64,000 bases of DNA. Origin: an uncultured Methanosarcinaceae archaeon. GTDB taxonomy: Archaea > Halobacteriota > Methanosarcinia > Methanosarcinales > Methanosarcinaceae. A program made the position numbers and the translations under genes. The notes below the pieces were generated by a model that was not told the origin of the DNA, ran no database searches, and saw only the letters and a program-made list of their open reading frames with translations. The stretch is taken from NCBI GenBank assembly GCA_963733675.1, contig CAVTET010000007.1:49487-113486 (forward strand), in the 5' to 3' direction. Numbering within the stretch: the first letter of the stretch is position 1; each line of letters begins with the position of its first letter. Shown here in pieces: positions 24,446 to 35,936 of this stretch.

Positions 24446-24513
24446 AAAAAAATGTTCTGTTTACATGTTATCTAAACTCCTACATAATGATTTTTCCAAT
24501 ATAGGTCACATAC

Positions 24514-24924
24514 TTAGTCTAATTGACCGGATTTTTTCATTAATTCACGTGTATGCTTAACAAGAAAATCTGATGTCTTTGAATTTGGATCTGCTACAAT
24601 AGCTATATTATAAAACTTCAGTGAAGTATTGTAATCTCCAGCTTGCTCAGCTAACATTCCATCATGAATAATTAATCTTTGAAAGTTTTGTCCAGTTGGT
24701 TTCATTTTTGCTGCTTCGTTGTAAGATTTAATTGCAGAATTAATATCTTCTGCCTGAATGGAAAACTGTCCGTCCTGAAGTAACCGCTCAAATTTGCTTT
24801 GATCGAAATTGATATTTTTATGATTATCGTTGTTATTATTCCAAGGCCAAGCGTTGACTGCGGAACCACTGTTTACTAGCATCAGTAGTGCTACTATTCC
24901 AATCACAATTATTTTTTTATTCAT
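24514..24924 (-). CDS. Secreted protein with TPR-like repeats
   Basis: Signal peptide MNKKIIVIGIVALLMLV; AIKSYNEAAKMKP and SLKFYNIAIVADP. Confidence 0.75.
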   Translation of the reverse strand: MNKKIIVIGIVALLMLVNSGSAVNAWPWNNNNDNHKNINFDQSKFERLLQDGQFSIQAEDINSAIKSYNEAAKMKPTGQNFQRLIIHDGMLAEQAGDYNTSLKFYNIAIVADPNSKTSDFLVKHTRELMKKSGQLD

Positions 24925-25801
24925 ATAAAAAAATCTCCCTTATGAAACTGATTGATCACATTTTGGATCTAAAGGCAAATGTGATAATATAATGGACTTC
25001 AATATGATGAAGATTCAGCAACTTTTGATGCTTCGATGGGTAATCAAGATGTGGATGTTTTTAAAAGAGATGAACTCAAATCAAAAATAGTATTTCTATT
25101 AAACGGCCATCCAATCCGTGCTCAATTGCAATACAAAAGAGCCTGGGGGATGGGTCTGAGCATCGCAAAAGTTAACTATTATGGGAATAAAAGTTCATTA
25201 TGAATTGGAGAGATTGATACTGTTGATGCTGCACATATCAACAGTATCTAATTTACTTTAAAATGTTTATTAATCTGTTCTGCAAAAACAATATTTGTTT
25301 TAAACATTATAAACTTTTTCATTTAGTTTTTTGAACTCTCAATTTTGTTCTATACAACCCACAAAACACATTTGCTCAACATTAAACAGCATATTTTGGG
25401 TTATTCAGTTCGTCTGTTTTTGATATCATATGGATCATTTGTGGATAAAATCCTGGGATATATAGTCAGAAGAGACTAAATCACGTATTGACTCTGCAAT
25501 AAACAACATAGAATATCATGTATTTATATAAAAGCTAAATTTTATTGGATTATATGAACAAAATTGTACTCAAAATGTAGAATATCCCCAGCAGTTGTAA
25601 ATAACGAACAAAAAAAAGATGAAAAAAATATTTTCTTACTATCACCTGGAAAAAGTCTGTCTTCTGGTGAAATTCAGGAAAAAATGTGCCAATAGATAGC
25701 GAAAAATAGAATACAAGCGGATTGTCTTTTGGTGTCTTCTGACGCAATTGTAAACACTGATGAACAAAAATCTGATGATAATCCCGGTTTAGCTTCGTTA
25801 C

Positions 25802-26251
25802 TTAGAAAAGCATTAAACAGACTTGCGCATCTCCTACAGCGGGCTGGACAGCCGTAGGGACTTCGCCTATTACTGGTACTGCAGGTTGGACTTCTATTGG
25901 TACGGGTATATAGGTCCAGTCCCACACTAGAGTAGCAGGATTATATATCCATTCATAATCTGGATAGTAAATTCCATTGTAGTAGTGGTGGTGGTGATGT
26001 TCGTGGTCATGCCATCTATGGAAGTCACGGTCATGCCTGTCGTGGTCATGCCTGTCGTGGTCATGCCTGTCGTAGAAGTTGTTTTTCCCAGGTTGCTGTC
26101 CACTTGGGTGATATCCTCCTTGGTTTCCACTTGGGTGGTGTTGTATATCGTATGCGGCGCTTACTGCAGTAGCTGTCATTGAAATTATTACAAAAAACAC
26201 TACCAAAAGAGCGAGTTTATCTTTTATCCTATTAAATACTTTTTTTCGCAT
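25802..26251 (-). CDS. Secreted His/Asp-rich low-complexity protein
   Basis: Leader ending TATAVSA; (DRHDH)n encoded by a 15-bp tandem repeat; HHHHH; WIYNPATLVWDW; Pro/Val-rich tail. Confidence 0.8.
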   Translation of the reverse strand: MRKKVFNRIKDKLALLVVFFVIISMTATAVSAAYDIQHHPSGNQGGYHPSGQQPGKNNFYDRHDHDRHDHDRHDRDFHRWHDHEHHHHHYYNGIYYPDYEWIYNPATLVWDWTYIPVPIEVQPAVPVIGEVPTAVQPAVGDAQVCLMLF

Positions 26252-26410
26252 CTAATTTTGCATTTACTAGGCATGTAATCGATAGAAACTTGGATATTCC
26301 TATATATAATGGAATGATCCAGTTAGTAAAAACATAGGTAGAAAACAAGAACTTTCAGGTGGGATTTTAACGAAAAAAAATGCTATAAGGCGATATATAT
26401 AAAATATAAT

Positions 26411-26653
26411 TTACATCACTTCAAACCTAGTCAATGACTTTTCAGCAATAGCTACATATTCTGCAAATGATTCTGATTCCGGAATCGGTAAATTATCATC
26501 CAACAATCTCTGAACGTGCATTTCGATAGCTTCATAGATATTCTTCTCCGCTTCGGCCCTGGTTGAGCCAGTAGCTATACAACCTGGCAAGTCAGGAGAA
26601 TATGCTGAATAGTTATTGCTTGCTTTTTCTATTACAACAAGGAACCGGTACAT
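26411..26653 (-). CDS. hicB: HicB antitoxin (short form)
   Basis: YRFLVVIEK...YSAYSPDLPGCIATGST..EA..NIYEAIEMH. Confidence 0.92.
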   Translation of the reverse strand: MYRFLVVIEKASNNYSAYSPDLPGCIATGSTRAEAEKNIYEAIEMHVQRLLDDNLPIPESESFAEYVAIAEKSLTRFEVM

Positions 26654-26655
26654 TT

Positions 26656-26850
26656 TTAACCCTCCATTTTCAATCGCGCTTGCTTTACTATGCTATTTAA
26701 CGTACCCGGAGCAAGGTCATCTCCGCTATGACCCGCAATCGTTACTCGGCCTGATTTAATCGGGTGTTTATATTGCCGTCGGCTTCCTTTTGTGGCAACC
26801 AGATGCCAACCATCGGCTTCAAGTAGCTTGATAACCTCACGCACTTTCAT
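26656..26850 (-). CDS. hicA: HicA toxin, conserved His replaced by Arg
   Basis: MKVREVIKLLEADGW...KGSRRQYKHP..GRVTIAGH...GTLNSI. Confidence 0.88.
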   Translation of the reverse strand: MKVREVIKLLEADGWHLVATKGSRRQYKHPIKSGRVTIAGHSGDDLAPGTLNSIVKQARLKMEG

Positions 26851-27183
26851 TTTAATCTGTCTAATTCTATGCCATTTGAATTTTATATAGATTCTGGAAG
26901 TCGGATGATTAAAGTTTAAGGGTTCCTTATGTTGACTGACCAAAAGCCTATCCGAAAGATAAATAATTGTTATATCTAGGTAAGTTGGCTAATCATAAGA
27001 AGTAAAACCATACACAACTAAGAGATCCCTGAGAAACTCTGAATGAAGGAATACTTAGAAAAAAATGATTGAAAAATAATGAAGGGGATACTATATCTCC
27101 TGCAACATGACCGTTAATAGAAAAGCCATCCAAGATTTTATGGAACTTCATAGATGGAGCATTAAATCTCTGGCTTAATCTAA

Positions 27184-27765
27184 TTAACTCCTTGTCGCTA
27201 ACATCAGATAAGCTTTAATGCTGCTTGGCCCAACTCCAGAATCTAAAGCCGAGTCTTGTATATATATAATATTAAAAAGTGGCGTGAAAGTACGTTCTAT
27301 CTCAGCTTTTGAAATCCGCCTGGGCCCGTAGTCACCGGGCTCTTTATCGGAGAAACTCAGCATGAAATATTTGCCGTCTGGTTTTAGCACTCTATGTATC
27401 TACCTTGCAAAAACTGGCCTTTCCTCATCCATCATCACATGAAACAAACCCGAATCAATAACGATATCGAATTCAGCCTCTGTGAAAAGTTGGTCCATCT
27501 GTAACACATTTCCAACTACAAAATTTACCTTAACATGGTGCTTTATAGCTTTTGCATCTGTGATAGCATCTTCAACAATGTCTATACCTGTAACATTACA
27601 TCCATTTATGGCTAACATTATTGCACTATCATCCCGGCCACATCCAATATCCAGAGCTCTACCATGCGTAATTTCTCCATCCTTTATAAGAGCTTCGAAA
27701 ACTGACTGGGGGTGACCGATATCCCAGGTGGTGTACCCTTGTATGCTTCATTTCAGTCCAAGCTA
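27184..27765 (-). pseudogene. Class I SAM-dependent methyltransferase remnant
   Basis: PPWDIG (frameshifted), LDIGCG, DSGLFH, LKPDG; internal TAG at 27400-27402 and TGA near the start. Confidence 0.85.
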
Positions 27766-27939
27766 ATCTTCTCACGACCAAAAATTCAGTTACTATTTTG
27801 ATTAAAGATAAATATTTTAATAATTGATTATTGTATGCTTTTAGTTTTTTCTGAATAAAATTATTTGGTTAACTATAGCACAGTTTTCTTCAGATAAAAT
27901 ATTTTATATCATTTTCTGTGTTTTTAATTCGTTGCAGAA

Positions 27940-28128
27940 CAGTATACTGAAAGTTCCATGAAAACTACTGCTTTTCACTTTTCCCCATTATAAAATGAGA
28001 TTTCGCGGTTACGTAGATACATATATTTTGCTATAAAATCTGTGTATAATTAACACAATACAATACTATTTTTGTTTTGGAGAAAAATAGATACAAGATC
28101 CTTTGGAATTTACAGAACTTTTGTACAC
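27940..28128. repeat. Arm-core-arm element centred on core 28017-28047
   Basis: CAGTATACTGAAAGTTCC ... ATACATATATTTT-GCTAT-AAAATCTGTGTAT ... CAGAACTTTTGTACACTG. Confidence 0.7.
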
Positions 28129-28192
28129 TGCCAACAAACTATAAAGTTATTGAAGAATATACAATTCAATCACTGAAATAGGTGTTGCAAGA

Positions 28193-28921
28193 ATGAATAA
28201 GCTGATAGTTTTGACGATCGAGCAGATTCACAATGATAATATAAAAGTATACCATCCTGTCATTTTAAAAAGTGATACCGAAATGGTCTTGGTAGACTGT
28301 GGTACACCAGGTTCTGTGTCTAAAATCAAAGAAAATGCTCTGACACAAGGTGTGAATATAGACAATCTAACAAAAGTAGTTCTCACACACCAGGATTTAG
28401 ACCACGTCGGTTCTTTAGCAGAATTGAAGCGTAAATATCATGGTATACAGGTTCTTGCTGATATTAAAGAAAGACCATATATTAATGGCGAAAAAGAATT
28501 TGTAAAATTACAAAAACAACGTGAAACATATGATAGTCTCCCTGAAAGCCAAAAAGAAATAATAAGGGTTCTACAACAATCATATAGTAGCTACGAACCT
28601 GTTGATATCGATGGAATTCTTCATGATCATGATATCTTTTCATGGTGTGGTGATGTTGAAATTGTTTCAACTCCAGGGCATACAGGTGGTCATATCTGCT
28701 TGTATTTATATGAGTTCAAAACATTGATTGCGGGAGATGCTTTGTTTATTCAAGATGATGAACTTGTGATCTCGCTGCCAATGTATACTCTAGATTTTGA
28801 GCAAGCAAAACAATCTATAAGAAAACTTATTGACTATGATATCGAAGAAATAATTTGTTACCATGGTGGTATATACAAAGGTAATATTAAAGCAGCTCTT
28901 AATAGAATATTGATGACCTAA
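28193..28921 (+). CDS. Metallo-beta-lactamase-fold hydrolase
   Basis: LVDCG, THQDLDHVG, TPGHTGGH, AGDA, CYHGG. Confidence 0.92.
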   Translation: MNKLIVLTIEQIHNDNIKVYHPVILKSDTEMVLVDCGTPGSVSKIKENALTQGVNIDNLTKVVLTHQDLDHVGSLAELKRKYHGIQVLADIKERPYINGEKEFVKLQKQRETYDSLPESQKEIIRVLQQSYSSYEPVDIDGILHDHDIFSWCGDVEIVSTPGHTGGHICLYLYEFKTLIAGDALFIQDDELVISLPMYTLDFEQAKQSIRKLIDYDIEEIICYHGGIYKGNIKAALNRILMT

Positions 28922-29064
28922 AAATTGTTAAAAAAGTAATGTCAAAAGTATGATATATATGTATACATATATATATTTAAAGCTGGTGAAATATTAAAAA
29001 ATATTTGATTCAGCCTTAAAATATCAATTTAAAAAAATATAATAACTTAAAGGAGACATATCAC

Positions 29065-29292
29065 ATGCACGATTTAGCAGGAAAAGGCCCAATAATACAG
29101 ACTTTGATGACTCAGACCTGGGAAATTCTTACTGAAGAACAGAAAAAGAAAGTTACATTAATGAGAATGGAAAAAATAATCAAAATTTTAGAAATGAAAA
29201 TATCTGGTATGGAAAAAATGATCGAAATTAAAAAAGAGGCTATAGCTGATGTTCGAAAAGTTCAGGAAATGATCAAAGGAGGTAAATGCTAA
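29065..29292 (+). CDS. Small coiled-coil hypothetical protein
   Basis: GGAG RBS, 75 aa, WEILTEEQKKK. Confidence 0.7.
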   Translation: MHDLAGKGPIIQTLMTQTWEILTEEQKKKVTLMRMEKIIKILEMKISGMEKMIEIKKEAIADVRKVQEMIKGGKC

Positions 29293-29822
29293 ATAAAGAA
29301 ATAATTTCAAAATTTAGGTTCTGTAGAAATATCTGAAATAACAATTTCCATGACTATTCAACTAAGGCAGGATTCATAATTTTCTCTACATTTTATTCAA
29401 TACACTTTTATTTTTTGTTTACTGTTTTATTATATTTATAATAGCATGAATAGATCTTTTTTTGGTAAATCATTCCTATTTAATATGCAATCCTTAAATG
29501 CAACGTTTTTATATGAAAACTTCTGCATCAGTAAATATGATAACTTCATCCTAGTTAGTTGATACAGAACTAAATTTTCATGATAAGAGAAAGGAATAAT
29601 GTCTTTAAAATCAGAATTGGGACAACTTTGCAAGAATATGTACAGTATAAAGGAACTCCTAGAAAATCTGGAGCTTCTGGGACACTTGGAACTAATTAGC
29701 CCAAACAACCATCATAAATAGAAACATAAGGAAATAATACATATATAGTTCTGGCAGTGCACCAAAGGTTCTGTAAAGTGTAGTTGATTCTGTATCTTTT
29801 TCTTCCCAATGAAAAACAGAAA

Positions 29823-30022
29823 TTGCTCAGTCGGTTAGCAGAATGAGTTAGGGAGTTCAAAAAATAAGCTTAAAAGTATCAGATTGATCATCTCACTAAC
29901 TACTAATATTTATTTGTTGTTAATTCCATGTTGATATGTTCTCTCCACGCATCATCAAACAGAATTAGTGACCTAATTTTTGGGCTAATTATGATATATC
30001 TTTAGATTGTCGTTATTGCCTT
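29823..30022. repeat. ~270-bp repeat, copy 3 (inverted, degenerate), fused to an arm sequence at 29753-29820
   Basis: AGCTTAAAAGTATCAGATTGATCATCTCACTAACT is the reverse complement of the 7637-7672 segment. Confidence 0.7.
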
Positions 30023-30312
30023 TTCTTCTTTTTGTTACATTTAATCTCAAATTAGTAGAAAACTAAATAAAAACATAAAAAGTTTTATACCATGTAAACT
30101 TAATGAATTTATTATAAAAGTTTACACCATAAGTAGCAATAAAATGTATTTAAGAAAAAAATGGAGTAATAAAAGTATTAAAAAAGTATAGCAAAATTTA
30201 ATAAATTCGTTAGCTATCGATTTTAATTAGATAGTAGTGTATCGAAAGGTCCGTAAAAATTACTGTTCACCTTCTTTTTTTCATTGCAAAATAAGATTTC
30301 TTGGTTACATTG

Positions 30313-30343
30313 ATGCATAGCTTTTATAGCAAAATCACGGCAT
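30313..30343. repeat. Core site
   Basis: ATGCATAGCTTTT-ATAGC-AAAATCACGGCAT. Confidence 0.7.
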
Positions 30344-30504
30344 TCAAATACCAGTTTTATAAGTTTACTTGTTGACTCTTGGCTTTTTTTGCGGTGGAAA
30401 TATTGAAATAAAATAGTATATCTAGTAAAAGGTTATCCAACCCATGGCGCTGCAAAAATTAACCATTATGGAAATAAAGTGCATTATGAATTGTTTGAGA
30501 TAAT

Positions 30505-31359
30505 GGTTCCGTTGCAAAAAAATCCAAAAAATATGTAAATCTATAAGTAATTAATAAAAATCAAAATATTCAAGGAAAATGTACTAACATTATAAAACTA
30601 TACCAAACAATTGATTAATGTATTTGACTTCATTAAGAACAGAGTAATTTAGATCATTTACTTGTCCTTTTTTGATCATATTCATAGCTTCAATTCCTTT
30701 TAAAGTCTTATTAGCAGATCGAAAAGACTGAAATCCTAACATTGGATTAACGATTCGTTTTATAGATCTATGATCTTGTTCTATAATGTTATTCAAATAC
30801 CTGGTTTGTCGAATACCTATGTTTTTAGGTAGTATTTTATCATTTTTCAGTTTACCTATAGCAGGTGGATAAGCTGGATTCTTATCAACGGTTATTACCT
30901 TTGGAATTTGATTATGATACGAACTTAAAGCTTTCTTAAAGAATCTCTTCGCAGCTTTTCGGTTTCGTTTTGCACTTAACATGAAATCGATTGTCTCTCC
31001 ATTTGAGTCAACTGCTCGGTAAAAATATTTCCATTTACCTTTTACTTTGATATAGGTTTCATCAACTCTCCACGAATAGTTTGTTAGCTTTAAATGTCTT
31101 CTGATTTTCTTTTCTATTTCAGGTGAATATTGATGTACCCATCTCATGATTGTTGTATGGTCGACTTTTACTTCCCTTTCCACCATCATTTCCTTTAAAT
31201 TTCTATAGCTCAATGGGTATTTTAAGTACCATCTTACATTCAATAGGATAATTTCTCCTTCATAATGCTTCCATTTAAAGGAATTAAATAGCATATTACT
31301 ATCTTTGATTCCCTTTTTATTCTATTGTATCATTAGAAAGGATTTTTTGCAACGGAACC
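30505..31359 (-). mobile_element. IS6-family element, copy 2
   Basis: TIRs GGTTCCGTTGCAAAAAA at both ends. Confidence 0.95.
30590..31294 (-). CDS. IS6-family DDE transposase (intact, 234 aa)
   Basis: FKWKHY, WRVDETY, YLNNIIEQDHR. Confidence 0.95.
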   Translation of the reverse strand: MLFNSFKWKHYEGEIILLNVRWYLKYPLSYRNLKEMMVEREVKVDHTTIMRWVHQYSPEIEKKIRRHLKLTNYSWRVDETYIKVKGKWKYFYRAVDSNGETIDFMLSAKRNRKAAKRFFKKALSSYHNQIPKVITVDKNPAYPPAIGKLKNDKILPKNIGIRQTRYLNNIIEQDHRSIKRIVNPMLGFQSFRSANKTLKGIEAMNMIKKGQVNDLNYSVLNEVKYINQLFGIVL

Positions 31360-31437
31360 CTAAAAACTTATAAATACATCATTTCCTGTTATATCATCGT
31401 TTGATATATCAGCTTTCAAGATGTTGAGGCTCGAGCT

Positions 31438-31887
31438 ATGGAAAACAAAATGTGTACAGAAGTCAGACGAGTTTTTCTCAAGTACATCGTTCTGATGATT
31501 ATTAAAGATAAGCCTACCCATGGCTATGATATAATCAAGACCATCAAGCTCCGCTCAAAAGGATGCTGGATCCCAAGTACAGGTTCGATTTATCCAATAC
31601 TGGAGAGTCTAGAGTCAAATGGCTTAATCCAGAGCAAAGAGATAGAGGAGCGCCGCAAAAAGGTGTATTCAATCACCGATAAGGGAATAGTGGCGCTGGA
31701 TCACATGACACAGAAGAGATTGGAGCTCTTGGATGAAATGTCCCAGATCATCAATATTATGACTGAAGGTAATGGCAGTAGTGATATTGGTGATGAGGTC
31801 AGTAATATCAGTAGTTTGGATCGGCAGCCTGAAAAAACACACAATGGCAATTCTCAGACTCTACAAACAGTTGATAATGGAAGGTAA
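31438..31887 (+). CDS. PadR-family transcriptional regulator
   Basis: [29 protein letters not shown]. Confidence 0.92.
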   Translation: MENKMCTEVRRVFLKYIVLMIIKDKPTHGYDIIKTIKLRSKGCWIPSTGSIYPILESLESNGLIQSKEIEERRKKVYSITDKGIVALDHMTQKRLELLDEMSQIINIMTEGNGSSDIGDEVSNISSLDRQPEKTHNGNSQTLQTVDNGR

Positions 31888-33703
31888 CAGGTTGAGCGAA
31901 GACAATAATATGACAGACAAAGTGATCGCTGGCAAATTAGGAAAGGGCGTTGAATACAAGTGGATTGCACTATTCAATGTGACCTTAGCGACTCTGATGG
32001 GGTCTACCGACAACAGCATTGTTCTGATTGCGCTGCCTACGATATTCAAGGGCATACAGATTAACCCTATGGCCCCTGATGTATTCCAGTATCTGCTGTG
32101 GATCCTGATGGGCTATGGTCTGGTAACTGCAACACTGCTCCTCAGTTTCGGGAGACTTGCAGACATGTACGGTCGGGTGAAACTCTTTAGGTTGGGTTTC
32201 CTGATATTTGCCATTGGATCAACCCTACTTTACCTTACTCCCAGCACCGGTAACGCGGGTGCACTGGAGCTAATTATTTTCCGGTTCATACAGGCCGTGG
32301 GTAGTGCATTCACTATGTCAAACGGTGCAGCCATTATAACAGATGCATTTCCGGCTAGTGAGAGGGGGAAGGCTTTAGGCATAAATATGGTTGCCTTCAT
32401 GTCCGGCCAGTTCATTGGTTTATTGCTGGGTGGAGTACTAGCTGTATACAACTGGCGCTATGTGTTTTTAGTCAGTGTCCCCTTTGCTATATTTGGGACA
32501 CTATGGTCTTACTGGAAGATGAAGGAGGTTTCTTTCCGTGCACCAAAAACAAGCATCGATTTCTTAGGCAATTTAGTCTTCATCGGTGGGCTAACTTCTC
32601 TGCTTGTCGGTGTAACCTATGGCCTGATGCCGTACAAACATGATAGCATCACCGATGCTATGGGCTGGGGAAACCCTTGGGTAATTAGAGCAATCATTGT
32701 CGGCATACTGCTGTTGATCATTTTCCCATTTGTAGAGAGCAAAGTAAAGAACCCTATGTTCCGGTTGGAATTCTTCAAGATCCGAGCTTTCGCCTATGCG
32801 AATCTCGCCAGCTTTGCAGCAGCTATTTCGCGAGGAGGCGTCATGTTTATGCTTATCATGTTGTTGCAGGGTATCTGGCTGCCACTTCATGGTTATCGCT
32901 TCGAAGATACACCTTTTTGGGCAGGTATCTACATGCTTCCCATGACCTTTGGCTTTGTAGTTATGGGACCGATCTCTGGGATACTTTCGGACAAGTATGG
33001 GCCCCGATGGATCGCTACCTGTGGGATGACCCTCGTGACCCTGGTCTTCATTTGCCTCTCAATGCTTCCCTATAATTTCGATTATTGGGAGCTTGGCATC
33101 CTGATTTTCCTAATGGGTGCTGGTAATGGCATGTTTAGCTCTCCTAATAGCTCATCAGTCATGAATTCAGTACCCCCGCAAGATCGGGGTGTAGCATCGG
33201 GTACGATGTTTACATTGACAAGTTCGGCCAATACGGTGAGCATGGCTGTGTTTTTTACCATCGTTATCGTAGGTATCAAGGGAGCTTTTCCAGGAGCGAT
33301 ACACGACTATTTCGCTAGCCTTGGATCCTTACAGATTAACCCCACTGTTCAACAACTCGCAGATCGGCTAGCCAGCATGTCACCGACCAATGCGCTGTTT
33401 TCTGCTTTCTTAGGATATAACCCGATGGGCTCTATCTTGAGCTCCATGGATCCACATATTGTCAGCGCGATACCACAACAGATCGTGACCACCCTGACAA
33501 GCAGATACTGGTTCCCACGAACATTACAGCAGGCTTTTATGCCGGCGCTGCAGTTTGCGTTTAGAATCGGGGCTGTACTCTCAGGCACAGCTGCGGTATT
33601 GTCTGCAATGAGGGGCCAACGATACGTGCATGAAACAGATTTTATGGGTAAAGATACTAGTAAAAGTGGTCTTGAAGGAGAAGGAAAGAAGGAGCAGACT
33701 TGA
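31877..33703 (+). CDS. MFS drug:H+ antiporter (DHA2-like)
   Basis: [39 protein letters not shown]. Start uncertain (31772, 31877 or 31910). Confidence 0.92.
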   Translation: MEGNRLSEDNNMTDKVIAGKLGKGVEYKWIALFNVTLATLMGSTDNSIVLIALPTIFKGIQINPMAPDVFQYLLWILMGYGLVTATLLLSFGRLADMYGRVKLFRLGFLIFAIGSTLLYLTPSTGNAGALELIIFRFIQAVGSAFTMSNGAAIITDAFPASERGKALGINMVAFMSGQFIGLLLGGVLAVYNWRYVFLVSVPFAIFGTLWSYWKMKEVSFRAPKTSIDFLGNLVFIGGLTSLLVGVTYGLMPYKHDSITDAMGWGNPWVIRAIIVGILLLIIFPFVESKVKNPMFRLEFFKIRAFAYANLASFAAAISRGGVMFMLIMLLQGIWLPLHGYRFEDTPFWAGIYMLPMTFGFVVMGPISGILSDKYGPRWIATCGMTLVTLVFICLSMLPYNFDYWELGILIFLMGAGNGMFSSPNSSSVMNSVPPQDRGVASGTMFTLTSSANTVSMAVFFTIVIVGIKGAFPGAIHDYFASLGSLQINPTVQQLADRLASMSPTNALFSAFLGYNPMGSILSSMDPHIVSAIPQQIVTTLTSRYWFPRTLQQAFMPALQFAFRIGAVLSGTAAVLSAMRGQRYVHETDFMGKDTSKSGLEGEGKKEQT

Positions 33704-33843
33704 TAATTGATATTCTAGACAATATCAATTGGAGAGTACTGATTGGCAGCGTTGCAATAAATCAGCTTCAATGCAGACTGTCACTTTTATCAAGTATTAA
33801 CATTTTGATTTTGAGAAAGTGCAATAACAAAGGAGATAATTAG

Positions 33844-34767
33844 ATGAAAGAAAACCAGGCTAGCTTTACTGCAATGTCGGTAGCCTATATGCGTGCTTAC
33901 CATTCCATATATGATGCTCCAAAAATCTTTGATGATTTTTTGGCCTATGATTTGATACCCGAGGAAAAACGAGAACTAATTGAAAAACATTTAATTGAAC
34001 AATATGTAACCTGGGATCAACAATTAAAAGATACTGAAAATTCTACATCGCTCCACGATAGGATTACTACCTCAGAGTCCTTAATGCAAGCAATTAATAA
34101 TGTTATCAGTCGTGCTCGATATACGGAAGATACCTTGGAGGAAGCTTTCAGGCAAGGAGTGAAGCAGTACGTAATTCTTGGGGCAGGAATGGATACATTT
34201 GCGTTTCGGAGACCCGAAATGTTGGAAGAGTTGGAAGTATTTGAGGTTGATCACCCTTCCACTCAAAAATTTAAGCTACATCGACTTGCTGAGTTGGGAT
34301 GGAAACATCCAGCAAAATTACACTTCGTTCCTATAGATTTCACGAAGGAAAGTTTAGTAACAGCACTCATGCGCTCATCATCTTATGACCCCAAAATTAA
34401 AACTTTCTTCAGCTGGTTCGGTGTCACCCCGTACTTACCCCAAAAAGATGTGTTGGCGACACTACGTTTCATCGCTGATGTTGCACCTGTTGGGAGCTCT
34501 TTAGTTTTTGATTATATAGATACTGATGCATTTATTCCCGAAAAATTGTCTCCGCAAATGCGAGAGCTGTTAGAGTATTTGAGTAAAATTGGTGAACCAC
34601 TGGAAAGCAATGGCTTCAATCCGTTAAACTTGGCCGAAGAGCTCGCAAGTTTAGGATTTCGGTTATATGAGGACCTAAGCCCAACAGACATCGAAGGACG
34701 TTACTTGCAAGGACGTACGTATGGACATTATGAGCATGGACATTTTGCATGTGCAGTTGTCGAATAA
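33844..34767 (+). CDS. SAM-dependent methyltransferase (LCM/TIGR00027-type)
   Basis: SFTAMSVAYMRA, RARYTED, QYVILGAGMDT, VFEVDHP. Confidence 0.9.
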   Translation: MKENQASFTAMSVAYMRAYHSIYDAPKIFDDFLAYDLIPEEKRELIEKHLIEQYVTWDQQLKDTENSTSLHDRITTSESLMQAINNVISRARYTEDTLEEAFRQGVKQYVILGAGMDTFAFRRPEMLEELEVFEVDHPSTQKFKLHRLAELGWKHPAKLHFVPIDFTKESLVTALMRSSSYDPKIKTFFSWFGVTPYLPQKDVLATLRFIADVAPVGSSLVFDYIDTDAFIPEKLSPQMRELLEYLSKIGEPLESNGFNPLNLAEELASLGFRLYEDLSPTDIEGRYLQGRTYGHYEHGHFACAVVE

Positions 34768-34849
34768 CCAGGTACTTTAATACATTTACCTGCCCAATAA
34801 AGGGGCAGTTTGTCATTAATTTGCCACTAAACTTTTTGATGCACATCTT

Positions 34850-35075
34850 GGTTCCGTTGCAAAAAAATCCAAAGAATATGTAAATCTATAAGTAATTAAT
34901 AAAAATCAAAATATTCAAGGAAAATGTACTAACATTATAAAACTATACCAAACAATTGATTAATGTATTTGACTTCATTAAGAACAAAGTAATGTAAATT
35001 ATTGACTTGTCTTTTTTAATCATATTCATTACTCATAGATTTAAATGCTTATTTTGAAATTTTTGCAACGGAACC
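34850..35075. mobile_element. IS6-derived mini-element built from two right ends
   Basis: 34850 to about 35028 copies 30505-30685; 35029-35075 resembles 18350-18393; IS6 TIRs at both ends. Confidence 0.8.
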
Positions 35076-35439
35076 TTTATTGGCATGTAATCAGCTGAAA
35101 CTTCTACATTTCTATGAGCTATAGGATGATCTCGTTCTCAAAAGCATAAGCAAGATGCATCAAAAAAAATAACCAATCAACTACGACTGATATTGTTCAT
35201 TCATGTGAATCGCTTCATATTAAGAGAAAACCACATGTCTATGTATGTAGAGTAGGATGAAACACTTCATATGGATCTTCTCTCCGGAAAGCAATTCGGC
35301 TATCACAAACATCAGTAAGTCGATTAATTTTGAGACTTATAAGCTTTCGATAGGCTTGTCGCTCTATCATCATGTTCTCTGAAGGACTTAATATTTGGAA
35401 CAGCTTGTTCCATCTCAGAGTTTCCGGCTTCAACATTTC

Positions 35440-35936
35440 CTTTTAAATTAAATAAATTCGATGAAGCGCTAAAAGCATTTGACAAGTCAATTAAAATTGA
35501 CCCGCAGTACTCATATGCTTGGGATGGCAAAGGACTTGCTCTTAATCATTTAAACAAACATGAAGATGCAATAAAAGATTATGACAAAGCAATTGAAATT
35601 AACCCTCAGCACTTAGATGCTTGGTACAATAAAGGAAATGCTCTATCTAAACAAAATAAATACGATGAAGCATTAAAATCATTTGACAAAGCAATTGAAA
35701 TTAATCCGCAAGATTCAATGGCTTGGTACAATAAAGGAGTTGCTATAGGTAAATTGAATAAATCTGATGAAGCACTAATAGCCTATGACAAAGCAATTGA
35801 AATTAACCCGCAGAATTCAGATGCTTGGTACAATAAAGCAGTAATTTTAAATAAATTAAGTAAATCAGCTGAAGCAATAAATGCATATGAGAAAGCAATT
35901 GAAATTAATCCGCAACTCAGAAATTTGGCACAATAA
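35440..35936 (+). pseudogene. 5'-truncated TPR-repeat gene
   Basis: Repeats AxDKAIEINPQ..AWYNKG extend upstream of ORF 35718 with no start; frameshift at the 3' end. Confidence 0.75.
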
